A stretch of 64,000 bases of DNA, from assembly GCA_036847185.1 (NCBI GenBank), contig DAIUAM010000001.1, positions 2,331 to 66,330 of the forward strand, written 5' to 3'. Each line of letters begins with the position of its first letter. Position 1 is the first letter of the stretch. Below, one piece after another: positions 29,550-38,090 of this stretch. The DNA comes from Actinomycetota bacterium (GTDB lineage Bacteria > Actinomycetota > UBA4738). The translations under genes and the position numbers were made by a program. The notes beneath the pieces are model-generated. The model saw only the letters and a program-made list of their open reading frames with translations, ran no database searches and was not told the DNA's origin.

Positions 29550-30227
29550 TCAGCCGCGGACGTCGACCGGCGAACCGAGTCCCTTGACCTCCAGAAGCTT
29601 GAGCTCCATCTCGGTCCAGGGCGAACGCGTTTCGACCGAACCCAGCGTGGACGTCCACAGGCGTTCCGGGACCTCCCGGTCCAGACCCGCGGCGAACAGC
29701 CCGTCGAAGGTCGAACCCGCCAGGAAGTCGGACTTCGCGCTGGCCGGGGTGTCGGCTTCGGGCGCCAGTAGGTCGTAGCCCAAGCGGTCCTCCGCGTAGC
29801 CGGGGAGCCACCGCCAGAACCGGGACGGGGCGGCGATCAGGACGGTCGCCTGCTCGACCGCATCCTTCGACTTCGCCACCGCCATCTTCACGATGTCCCC
29901 GATGACCCCGGTGGCGAATCCCGCGTGGTCCTCACCTCGTGGGTGGACCTGCACCTCGATGGCCAGCTGAGGGATCTTCGACTTCGCGGCCACCAACACG
30001 TCGGTGGGCCTGGCCAGCGAACCGGACTTGCCCAGCACCCCGCCGACGCTGACCAGCTCGGTCCGTCCGAACTGCAGTGCGCGCCGGAGCGACGCCGAGA
30101 GGTCCGCATCGAACACGAACTTCGCGGTTGGGGCCGAACGCGACGCCAGGCCGAGGTGGTTCATCAGGGCCTGGACCTCGCCGCCCGCCGCGTACAGGGC
30201 AGCCTGGACGGCCTCGGGTTCGAGCAT
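29550..30227 (-). CDS. Hypothetical protein, possibly PD-(D/E)XK-like fold
   Basis: 225-aa ORF filling the gap between real genes; PTDVLV...LAIEVQ...DIVKM pattern. Confidence 0.6.
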   Translation of the reverse strand: MLEPEAVQAALYAAGGEVQALMNHLGLASRSAPTAKFVFDADLSASLRRALQFGRTELVSVGGVLGKSGSLARPTDVLVAAKSKIPQLAIEVQVHPRGEDHAGFATGVIGDIVKMAVAKSKDAVEQATVLIAAPSRFWRWLPGYAEDRLGYDLLAPEADTPASAKSDFLAGSTFDGLFAAGLDREVPERLWTSTLGSVETRSPWTEMELKLLEVKGLGSPVDVRG

Positions 30228-30370
30228 CGCTAGGCCCCCACCTGGATCCGGCGGGCCATGTCAGGTTCGTGCACGCGCCGAGAGTAACAACCGGAAGGGT
30301 CAGGTGGAAGTATCGCCGCCGGTTGGTTTGGCGAGCCTGTTGCCGCGAGGGCGCCGCCTATACTGGCGCG

Positions 30371-31561
30371 ATGGCGCCTTCGTCGGCCGACAAGACGCAG
30401 TGGAAAGACCTCTATGACGAGGTTGTGACCACCGGACTGTGCACCGGATGTTCGGCCTGCGTGGTGGTCTGCCCCTTCCACGTCCTCGGCTACGAGGACG
30501 ATAAGCCCGTCCAGCTCCAGCCCGAAGGCCTCGACATCTGCGTGCACGGCGACAAGGGCTGCGACATCTGCACTCGGGCATGCCCGCGGTTCCGCGAATG
30601 GGAGCCCGAGCTCGACCGGATGCTGTTCGGCCGGACCCGCCTGCCCGAGGAGATCATCGGGGTCCACCAGGACGTGGTGCTGTCGCGTGCCGCCCAGCCC
30701 GAGGTGCTCATGACCGGGCAGGACGGGGGGACCGTTTCGGCGCTCCTGATCTGGGGCCTGAGAACCGGGCGGATCGACGGCGCGGTGACCTCGAAGCTTT
30801 CCGACGAGCGGGCGTGGGACGCCGTGCCGGCAGTGGTCACCGACGAACAGGGCGTCCTGGACACGGCAGGCTCGCGCTACACCTACTCGGCCAACCCCCT
30901 GGCCCTGGTCAAGGCCGCGGAGATGGGCCTGTCGAAGGTGGCGCTGGTCGGGATGTCCTGCCAGGCCAGCGTCACCGGGGCCCTGGAAGCCCGGCGGGTC
31001 AACAAGTGGCGCAAGCGGATCGCGTACACGTTCGGCCTGCTGTGCTCCAAGACCTTCACGTACGACGGCCTGATGGTCGAGATCGCCCAGAAGGAGCTGG
31101 GCCTGTCGCTCGACGACGTGATCCGGGTCAACGTGAAGGGCAAGCTCCTGTTCTATACGAAGGACGGCCAGGAGGTGACCTATCCCCTCAAGGCCTCGCA
31201 CCGGTTCACCCGGGAGGGGTGCCTGCATTGCCCAGACTTCGCCGCCGAGCACGCCGACATCTCGTTCGGCGGGCTCGGGCAGAGCGACGGCTGGACGCTC
31301 ACCATCATCCGAACCGACCGAGGGATGGAGCTCTGGCATGACGCCGTCGAGGCCGGCGTGGTCGAATGGCGCCCCGGTGCCGACGACCCCGCCGCCCTGG
31401 CCCTGATGGACAAGCTCGCTGCCCACTCGCGCAAGCGGTGGCCGGCCGACGGCGAGGTGCCGGCGGGATGGTCCGTGCCCGGCCTGCTTCCCACCGCACC
31501 CGGGCCCGTCGTGTCCCCGAGCCCTCGCGAGCAGCAGACGGTCGAACCGGTCGAACGCTGA
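30371..31561 (+). CDS. FrhB/FpoF-like coenzyme F420 oxidoreductase subunit with N-terminal 2x[4Fe-4S] domain
   Basis: CTGCSACVVVCP...CDICTRACP, GQDGGTVSALL, VGMSCQ, GLLCSKTF, CLHCPDF; TATACT 6 nt before the ATG. Confidence 0.88.
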   Translation: MAPSSADKTQWKDLYDEVVTTGLCTGCSACVVVCPFHVLGYEDDKPVQLQPEGLDICVHGDKGCDICTRACPRFREWEPELDRMLFGRTRLPEEIIGVHQDVVLSRAAQPEVLMTGQDGGTVSALLIWGLRTGRIDGAVTSKLSDERAWDAVPAVVTDEQGVLDTAGSRYTYSANPLALVKAAEMGLSKVALVGMSCQASVTGALEARRVNKWRKRIAYTFGLLCSKTFTYDGLMVEIAQKELGLSLDDVIRVNVKGKLLFYTKDGQEVTYPLKASHRFTREGCLHCPDFAAEHADISFGGLGQSDGWTLTIIRTDRGMELWHDAVEAGVVEWRPGADDPAALALMDKLAAHSRKRWPADGEVPAGWSVPGLLPTAPGPVVSPSPREQQTVEPVER

Positions 31562-31611
31562 CCGCCCGCCGTGGACCCCCCGGGCGCGTTCCCCCACCCA
31601 GCCAGGATCCG

Positions 31612-31779
31612 ATGGCCGACTTCGTCAAGGCGATCGGCGCGCTGGTCGTCGCCGTCGGCGGGCTGGTCCTGCTTGTGGCCGGGATCGTGAAGTCACAGAT
31701 GATCGCGGTGGTGCTGGGAGCGGTCGCGTTCGCCCTGGCAGTCGCGCTGGGCACCTCGCGGGCGATCCGGAAACGGTAG
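31612..31779 (+). CDS. Small two-TM membrane protein (55 aa)
   Basis: MADFVKAIGALVVAVGGLVLLVAGIV...AVALGTSRAIRKR; AGGA upstream. Confidence 0.6.
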   Translation: MADFVKAIGALVVAVGGLVLLVAGIVKSQMIAVVLGAVAFALAVALGTSRAIRKR

Positions 31780-31789
31780 GGGAGGGTCC

Positions 31790-32119
31790 CTAGTCGGGGG
31801 CGACGAAGGCGGTGACCACCGGGTGGTCCTTGTCGACCGCGCCGACCTGCGCGGCCCCTCCCGGTGAACCGATCCCGCTCACGGAATCGTTGAAGAACTC
31901 CGCGTTGATCGGTGTGTACTGTTTCCACTCCGCCGGGACATCGTCCTCGTAGAAGATGGCGGTCACCGGGCAAACCGGCTCGCAGGCCCCGCAGTCGACG
32001 CACTCGTCGGGCTGGATGTAGAGCATCCGGGCGCCCTCGTAGATGCAGTCCACGGGGCACTCGTCGACGCAGGCGCGGTCCTTCACATCGATGCAGGGTT
32101 CGGCGATCGTGTAGGTCAT
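31790..32119 (-). CDS. fdxA: 7Fe ([3Fe-4S]/[4Fe-4S]) ferredoxin
   Basis: MTYTIAEPCIDVKDRACVDECPVDCIY...CVDCGACEPVCPV; GAGGAG RBS and TAGAAT -10. Confidence 0.95.
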   Translation of the reverse strand: MTYTIAEPCIDVKDRACVDECPVDCIYEGARMLYIQPDECVDCGACEPVCPVTAIFYEDDVPAEWKQYTPINAEFFNDSVSGIGSPGGAAQVGAVDKDHPVVTAFVAPD

Positions 32120-32198
32120 CGGATTCTCCTCGTTTCCACGGTGTCGACCGTGTTTATTCTAGCCGCGCCGGGCGCGGACGCAACCCGGGACCGCCGTT

Positions 32199-33239
32199 TC
32201 ATCGCTCCACGGCCGTCTCCGGCGCCGCCGCCAGGACGGTTCCCAGCATGGACGAGAACGGATCGAGCGACGCGGTGACCGGGTAGCAGAGCACCAGGTC
32301 CGCACCGGCGCGGCGGTACTCCGCGAACCTGGCCACCGCCTCCTGCCGGCCTCCCGCCACCGTCACGGCCATGACGAGCTCCTCGGGAACGTCGGCGATC
32401 CGGCCTGCCTCGAACGCCGCGGCCGCTGCGCCCGCCGCCTCGCCGAGCTCCATGGCCTCGAACTGGGCGCGGTAGTGCGGGATGGTCGCGTAGCGTCCCG
32501 TCATCTCGCGAAGCGCAGCGAGGGCGACGGCACGTTCGACGTTCAGGCAGGCTCGGACGTAGACGGCCACCGTGATCGCGGCCGGGTCGCGCCCGGCGTT
32601 CGACGCCGCCTGAGCCAGCCTGGTGCGGGCCCGGGCCACGCGTTCGGGCGGGCACCAGTTCAACAGGACGCCGTCACCGACCTCGCCTGCCAAGGCGACC
32701 ATCCGGTCACCCAAGGCGGCCAGCCAGATGGGCGGCGGGCCCAGCTCCTCGGCGAGAGGCAGAGAGAGGGTGAACCCGTCGGTCCCGAAACCGCCGTCAC
32801 CGCGGGCGTGCTTCCCGGAGAGGGCTGCGCGCACCGCCCGCACGTAGTCGCGGAGGAGGTCGACCGGACCCCGGCCCCCCGCCAGGGCCACCTGGTGCGC
32901 CGAGGCCGGCAGGCCCGACCCGAGCCCGAGTACCATCCGCCCGCCGGAGAGCTCGTGCACGGTCGCCGCACCCATCGCGGTCACCGCCGGGCTCCGAGAC
33001 CACATCGGGACCACGCCGGTCCCCAGGCGCATCGACGGCGCGGCCAGTCCGAACCCGGCCAGCGTGGCGAACGCTTCGCGACCATCGATCTCCGGGACGA
33101 ACACCGCCCCGTAGCCCGTGTCCTGCGCCACACCCAGCACCTGCAGGCATCCCTGCCAGGGCAGCGCGTCGCGGATGACCAGCCCCGTCCCGGCGAGCGG
33201 CCGCACGCCCTCCGCGGAGTCGCCGGGTATCGTGCTCAC
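32199..33239 (-). CDS. LLM-class (probably F420-dependent) oxidoreductase
   Basis: RLGTGVVPMWSRSP, SGGRMVLGLGSG, PIWLAALGDRM..LAGEVGDG. Confidence 0.85.
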   Translation of the reverse strand: MSTIPGDSAEGVRPLAGTGLVIRDALPWQGCLQVLGVAQDTGYGAVFVPEIDGREAFATLAGFGLAAPSMRLGTGVVPMWSRSPAVTAMGAATVHELSGGRMVLGLGSGLPASAHQVALAGGRGPVDLLRDYVRAVRAALSGKHARGDGGFGTDGFTLSLPLAEELGPPPIWLAALGDRMVALAGEVGDGVLLNWCPPERVARARTRLAQAASNAGRDPAAITVAVYVRACLNVERAVALAALREMTGRYATIPHYRAQFEAMELGEAAGAAAAAFEAGRIADVPEELVMAVTVAGGRQEAVARFAEYRRAGADLVLCYPVTASLDPFSSMLGTVLAAAPETAVER

Positions 33240-33268
33240 AGTCCCGCCATGGTGGCACAGGGAGGACC

Positions 33269-33928
33269 GTGGACGCGCTGACCTTTCGGACCGAGGACGG
33301 CCTGAGACTGGAGGGCGAGCTTCGGGTCGACGGCGTGGCCAGGGGCTCGGCGGTGATCTGCCACCCACACCCGCTGCACGGGGGCAGCAAGGACCATCCG
33401 GTACTGTGGGCCGTCCGGATCGAGCTCGCCCGGCGCGGGTTCGCGGTGCTGACCTTCAACTTCCGCGGGGTGATGGGGTCGGAGGGCTCGCACGGCGGCG
33501 GGATCCCGGAGTGCAACGATGCGCGCGCGGCGATCGGCCGCGTTCGGGAGGAGTCGCAGGGGCCGACGCTCGTGTGCGGGTGGTCGTTCGGCGCGAGCGT
33601 GGCTCTCCGCGAGGCGGTGGACGACGAACGCGTCGGCGCTCTGGCGGTCCTCGGCTTCCCGCTGGTCTCGAGCCTGCCGCTCGGGATGGCGCCGCTTCCG
33701 GAGCCGGCCCAGCTCAGCCGGTTCGGCCGGCCGGTGCTGTTCGTGAGCGGGGACGCCGACCCGTACTCCCCGGTGTCGGAACTACGCGAGCTGGCCGCGC
33801 GGTTCGACGATGCGACGGTCGAGATCATGACCGGCACGGACCACTTCTTCCCGAAGCGAGAGCGGGAGGCTGCCGCACTCGTGGGATCGTTCGCCGAGCG
33901 ACGCCTGTTCGAACGGTTGGATCGGTGA
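33269..33928 (+). CDS. Alpha/beta hydrolase
   Basis: CHPHPLHGGSKD, FNFRGV, GWSFGA nucleophile motif, GTDHFF. Confidence 0.88.
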   Translation: MDALTFRTEDGLRLEGELRVDGVARGSAVICHPHPLHGGSKDHPVLWAVRIELARRGFAVLTFNFRGVMGSEGSHGGGIPECNDARAAIGRVREESQGPTLVCGWSFGASVALREAVDDERVGALAVLGFPLVSSLPLGMAPLPEPAQLSRFGRPVLFVSGDADPYSPVSELRELAARFDDATVEIMTGTDHFFPKREREAAALVGSFAERRLFERLDR

Positions 33929-33955
33929 GTCGCCCGCGAGCCTCGGTGGGTGCAG

Positions 33956-34198
33956 CTAGCGGTTGTCGCGACGGTCCAGGATCTCCACCCGGGAGCCGGA
34001 GATCTGTCGCCCCGGCGAGCGGGGCCTGCGGGGGGAGCCGTACAACGCCCGCCGGACCCTGCGCTTGACGTACCAGACGCCGAACGCCGCCGCGAAGATG
34101 AGCCCGAGCGTCAGGCCCAGCGCGACCTTGACGACGAATCCGAGCACGCCCGCGACCGCCAGGAGGAAGAGGAACAGCGCGAAGATCAGGAAGCCCAT
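33956..34198 (-). CDS. Small membrane protein (80 aa)
   Basis: Two hydrophobic helices followed by a basic tail; GAAAGGA RBS. Confidence 0.65.
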   Translation of the reverse strand: MGFLIFALFLFLLAVAGVLGFVVKVALGLTLGLIFAAAFGVWYVKRRVRRALYGSPRRPRSPGRQISGSRVEILDRRDNR

Positions 34199-34253
34199 GT
34201 CGGTCCTTTCGTCATGCCAAGTGTACGGCGGGTCCGGGGAGAAGTGAGCCGCG

Positions 34254-34480
34254 ATGCTGCACGTGGGGACCAGCGGATGGCAGCAGGCGTCCTGGAAGGG
34301 CCGCCTCTACCCGAAGGATGTCCCTCAGGGCCGGTGGCTCGAGAACTACGCGAAGCGGTTCACGGCGGTCGAGGTCAACAACTTGTTCCACATCACGCAC
34401 ATCCGGGGCTCATGGACGCGGCCACCTTCATCGACCTTTTGTCGAAACGGGGCCTGGAGGTCGCGACGCCCGGGCCTTGA
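34254..34480 (+). pseudogene. Truncated DUF72 N-terminus joined to an unrelated out-of-frame 3' gene remnant
   Basis: MLHVGTSGWQQASWKGRLYP...WLENYAKRFTAVEVNN is a DUF72 start; similarity stops near 34390; another frame reads HPGLMDAATFIDLLSKRGLEVATPGP* to 34480. Confidence 0.7.
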
Positions 34481-34512
34481 GGAAGATGGGCTCCGGCCGC
34501 GAGAATGCGGGC

Positions 34513-36624
34513 ATGGCCGATGCCTCCGCGATCGACGCGCTGCTCTCGCCATCGTCGATCGCCATCGTCGGTGCCTCGGCTCGGTCGTACGTCGGCCGGG
34601 TGCTCTGCGAGAACCTGCGGACGCTCGGGTTCGAAGGCCGCGTGTACCCGGTGAACCCTCGGTATGACGAGATCCTGGGGTGGCGTTCGTATCCCTCCAT
34701 CGACGCGCTGCCGGAGGCGCCGGACGCCGTCGCGGCGGCGGTGGCGCTCCCGCAGGTGCCCGAGGTGCTGCGGGCGGCGGGGAAGCGAGGGACGAGGGCC
34801 GCGGTCGTGCCGGGCGGGGGGTTCACGGAGACGGGGCCGGCCGCCCTGGAGACCCAAGGGGAGATCGCGGCCGTTGCGGCCGAGTTCGGCATGGCCGTCT
34901 GCGGGCCGAACTGCATGGGGGTCATCGCTCCGCGGCGCCGTTCGGCCATGTACATCGGCACCATCCCCCCCAGCCTGCTGCCGGGATCGGTGGCACTCAT
35001 CTCCCAAAGCGGGTCGGTGATCGAAGCGGCCGTGAACATGGGACCGCGGATCGGCTTCTCCGCCCTGGTCTCCTCTGGGAACGAGGCCGCCACCACGGTC
35101 GGGGACTATCTGCGCTGGTCAGCGCGTGACGATGTGACACGGGCTGTCACATTGTTCATCGAGGGCTTCCGGGATCCGGCGGGGTTCGTGGATGGAGCCA
35201 GGGCCCTTCGCGCTGCCGGGAAACCGCTGGCGGTCCTCCAGGCCGGCCGGTCCTCGGAATCGGCCGCCGCGGTCGCGGCGCACTCGGGCTCGTTGGCCGG
35301 GACGAACGAGGTCGTCACCGGTCTCCTCCACCAACTCGGCGCGATCGGGGTCGACGACCTGGACGAGCTGTTCGAGGTTGCGGAGCTTCTGGGCCACGGG
35401 CGGCTGCCGAAGGGGCGTCGGCTGTTCATCGTGACGGACTCCGGCGGGGAGGCCCAGCTCGTCGCCGACCACGCGCGTTCCGCGGGCCTCGAGCTGCCCG
35501 CACCGTCGCCCGAGCTCACCACGCGCCTTCGGGCGCGATGGCCGAACTTCTCCTACATCGGCAATCCGATGGACCCGTGGGGGGTCGACCCGGACTACTG
35601 GCCGCTGTACGCCGAGATCCTGAGCGCCGGGGCCGACGAGGACGTGGACGTCGTGGCCGTGGCCCTGGACAAGGTGACTCCATGGGCGGGCTCCAACGAG
35701 ACCGAGCTGGGCGAAGCCGCCGCGCGGGCCTTGATCGCCGCCGCACGGCAGGACACCTCGAAGCTCGCAGTCTACTTCACGGTGCACGCCACAGGACCGG
35801 CGGTCGATTCGGTCCGAGACCCGCTCCGCGAAGCCGGCATCCCCCTGTTGCACGGCCTCCGGCCGGCCATGGTGGCCATCCGTCGCGCGTGGTTCTGGCG
35901 ATGGTGGCCGGCCCGCACGCCGCTCGCGGACGACAATGGCGAACCGGTCGTGTTCGCGATCCTTGCGGACGAACGCGGCCCCGCGCTGTCCGAGCGGGCC
36001 AGCCGGGAGATCCTGGCCGCCTACGGCATCCCGCTCGTCGCCGGCGAGGCGGTCCCCGATGCGGACAGCGCCGTGGCCGCGGCGACCCGGCTCGGACACC
36101 CCGTGGTCGTGAAGGCTGACGTTTCGGGCGTGGCGCACAAGGCCGCCGCGGGACTCGTGACGACCGGCGTGGCCGGCGACGAAGCGGTTCGGCGGGCATT
36201 CGACGCGGTGACCGACGCGGCGGACAAGGCGGGCCTACGACCGCGGGGGGCACTCGTCGAAGCGACCGCCCGCGGGGTCGAGCTGATCTGCGGCATGCGG
36301 CGCGACCCCGTGTTCGGCCCGGTCATCCTGCTCGGGGTCGGCGGCAGCTTCACCGAGGTGTTCCGCGAGGTGGCGGTCCGGCTCTGCCCGCCCGCCCGGG
36401 AGGATCTCGAGGAGATGGCGAACGAGTGCCCGGCCGGGAAGCTCCTCGCCAGGGCCGGGGCGGAAACAGGACCGGTGCTCGACGTGCTGGCGAAGCTGGC
36501 CCGCATGGCCCGCGAGCATCCGGAGGTGGCCGAGGTGGACGTGAATCCGCTGTTCACCGGTCCGGACGGGGTGTTCGCGGCCGATGCGTTGGTGGTCCTC
36601 GACGAGAAAGGCGGCACAGGATGA
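34513..36624 (+). CDS. ADP-forming acyl-CoA synthetase (CoA-binding + ligase + ATP-grasp)
   Basis: PSSIAIVGAS, YPVNP, GPNCMG, SQSGS, SGNEA, AHSGSLAG (phospho-His motif), NPMDP, VAHKAAAGLV, FGPVILLGVGG, EVDVNPL; no GNAT domain. Confidence 0.9.
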   Translation: MADASAIDALLSPSSIAIVGASARSYVGRVLCENLRTLGFEGRVYPVNPRYDEILGWRSYPSIDALPEAPDAVAAAVALPQVPEVLRAAGKRGTRAAVVPGGGFTETGPAALETQGEIAAVAAEFGMAVCGPNCMGVIAPRRRSAMYIGTIPPSLLPGSVALISQSGSVIEAAVNMGPRIGFSALVSSGNEAATTVGDYLRWSARDDVTRAVTLFIEGFRDPAGFVDGARALRAAGKPLAVLQAGRSSESAAAVAAHSGSLAGTNEVVTGLLHQLGAIGVDDLDELFEVAELLGHGRLPKGRRLFIVTDSGGEAQLVADHARSAGLELPAPSPELTTRLRARWPNFSYIGNPMDPWGVDPDYWPLYAEILSAGADEDVDVVAVALDKVTPWAGSNETELGEAAARALIAAARQDTSKLAVYFTVHATGPAVDSVRDPLREAGIPLLHGLRPAMVAIRRAWFWRWWPARTPLADDNGEPVVFAILADERGPALSERASREILAAYGIPLVAGEAVPDADSAVAAATRLGHPVVVKADVSGVAHKAAAGLVTTGVAGDEAVRRAFDAVTDAADKAGLRPRGALVEATARGVELICGMRRDPVFGPVILLGVGGSFTEVFREVAVRLCPPAREDLEEMANECPAGKLLARAGAETGPVLDVLAKLARMAREHPEVAEVDVNPLFTGPDGVFAADALVVLDEKGGTG

Positions 36625-37028
36625 GCGGACAGGAAACGGCACCGATCGAGGCGTTCCTCCGCCTGCGGGTTGGCGAGGAAGACGCCCACTACGGGACGAT
36701 CGCCGCGGGAGCGTTCGTCATGCAGCTGTTCGGGGACTTGGCCACGGAGATCACCGTTCGCCGGGACGGGGACGAAGGGCTCCTCCGCGCCTACGAGCAG
36801 GTGGAGTTCCTCGCGCCGGTCAAGCCCGGGGACTTCCTGGAATGCCGGGCCAGGCTGATCCGGGAGGGGAAGACGTCGCGAACGTTCGAGGCCGAAGCGT
36901 GGAAGGTCATGACCACGCGGTACGACCTGACCGAATCGGCGGCCGACGTGCTCGACCCGCCGGTCCTGGTGGCGAAGGCGGTCGGGACCACGGTCGTCCA
37001 GTCCCACCTCCAGCGCAAGGACGGATGA
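36621..37028 (+). CDS. kal: 3-aminobutyryl-CoA ammonia-lyase (Kal)-like hotdog protein
   Basis: DAHYG...FGDLATE....DGDEGLLRAYEQVEFLAPVKPGD...SAADVLDPPVLV closely follows the Kal pattern; ATGA overlaps on both sides. Confidence 0.82.
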   Translation: MSGQETAPIEAFLRLRVGEEDAHYGTIAAGAFVMQLFGDLATEITVRRDGDEGLLRAYEQVEFLAPVKPGDFLECRARLIREGKTSRTFEAEAWKVMTTRYDLTESAADVLDPPVLVAKAVGTTVVQSHLQRKDG

Positions 37029-38050
37029 CTCCGGTGCCCGGCAGGCCCGTCAACCGGCCCGGTGAGCCCGGCTACGCCGGACCGGGAGCGACGTTCGCGA
37101 AGCTTCCTCTCGCGCTGAGCCCCGAGGAGCTCGCAGGCGCCGACGTGGCGATCGTCGGGGCGCCGGTTGACGAAGCGGTCACCTACCGTCCGGGGGCGCG
37201 GTTCGGTCCCCGGGCCATCCGCCTGGGCGACGTGGGAGGTGGCGCCTCGCGGCCGAATCTGGACATCGGGGTGAACCCATTCGAGGTGCTCTCCGTCGTC
37301 GACTACGGCGATGCCCCGGTCGTCCCCGCCGACCAGCAGCGCAGCCACGACGCCATCCGGCGCACGGTCGGCGAGATCTGCGAGGCCGGAGCCGTCCACA
37401 TCATCCTCGGCGGCGACCACTCCATCGCGCACCCCGACGCCGGCGCGGTGGCCGGCCACCTGAAGCGAACCGCCCCGGGGAGCTCGTTCGGACTGGTGCA
37501 CTTCGATGCGCACGCCGACAACGTGAAGGACCTTTACGGCGTGGTGCTCTCGCACGGGACGCCGATGCGTCGGCTGGTCGACGAGGGCTCGCTGCGGGGC
37601 GACCACATCGTCCAGGTGGGGCTGCGCGGCTACTGGCCCGATCCCGAGGACTTCGAATGGGCGCGGCAGCAGGGCTTCCGGTGGCATCTCATGGAAGAGA
37701 TCAGCGAGCGCGGGATGGACGCGGTCATGTCGGATGTGGTCGCCCTGGCGCGGACGTGGGACCACGTCTTCCTGTCCTTCGACATCGACGTGTGCGATCC
37801 GGGGTTCGCGCCGGGAACCGGCACGCCCGAGCCCGGCGGGATCACCGCGCGCGAGGGCCTGCGGGCCGTGCGGCTGCTGGCCCGGGAGACGAACCTCGCC
37901 GGGATGGAGGTGGTCGAAGTGTCACCCCCCTACGACCACTCGGAGATCACCGCCTTCCTGGCCAATCGCCTTGTGCTGGAAGCGCTTTCGGGCATGGCGC
38001 TCCGCAAGCTCGGCCGGGAGCCGAAGCCCGAGCGTTCGGGCGGGTCCTGA
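37025..38050 (+). CDS. Ureohydrolase (agmatinase/guanidinoacid amidinohydrolase family)
   Basis: PGARFGPRAIR, GGDHSI, FDAHAD, HGTP, SFDIDVCDP, GTGTPEPGG, EVSPPYD. Confidence 0.93.
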   Translation: MTPVPGRPVNRPGEPGYAGPGATFAKLPLALSPEELAGADVAIVGAPVDEAVTYRPGARFGPRAIRLGDVGGGASRPNLDIGVNPFEVLSVVDYGDAPVVPADQQRSHDAIRRTVGEICEAGAVHIILGGDHSIAHPDAGAVAGHLKRTAPGSSFGLVHFDAHADNVKDLYGVVLSHGTPMRRLVDEGSLRGDHIVQVGLRGYWPDPEDFEWARQQGFRWHLMEEISERGMDAVMSDVVALARTWDHVFLSFDIDVCDPGFAPGTGTPEPGGITAREGLRAVRLLARETNLAGMEVVEVSPPYDHSEITAFLANRLVLEALSGMALRKLGREPKPERSGGS

Positions 38051-38090
38051 CGGCCCTCGTGTCCCCGGGACACCCGTAGACTTCCGGGCC

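Noticed and set aside
34513-36624. Protein lysine acetyltransferase (Pat/YfiQ)
   Set aside because: No GNAT domain, and the phospho-His motif of active ADP-forming ligases is retained.
37025-38050. Ureohydrolase as the missing HutG formiminoglutamase
   Set aside because: It has the agmatinase-type GTGTPEPGG rather than the PGVSAP-type motif I recall for HutG, and it is coupled to a different operon 14 kb from hutU.
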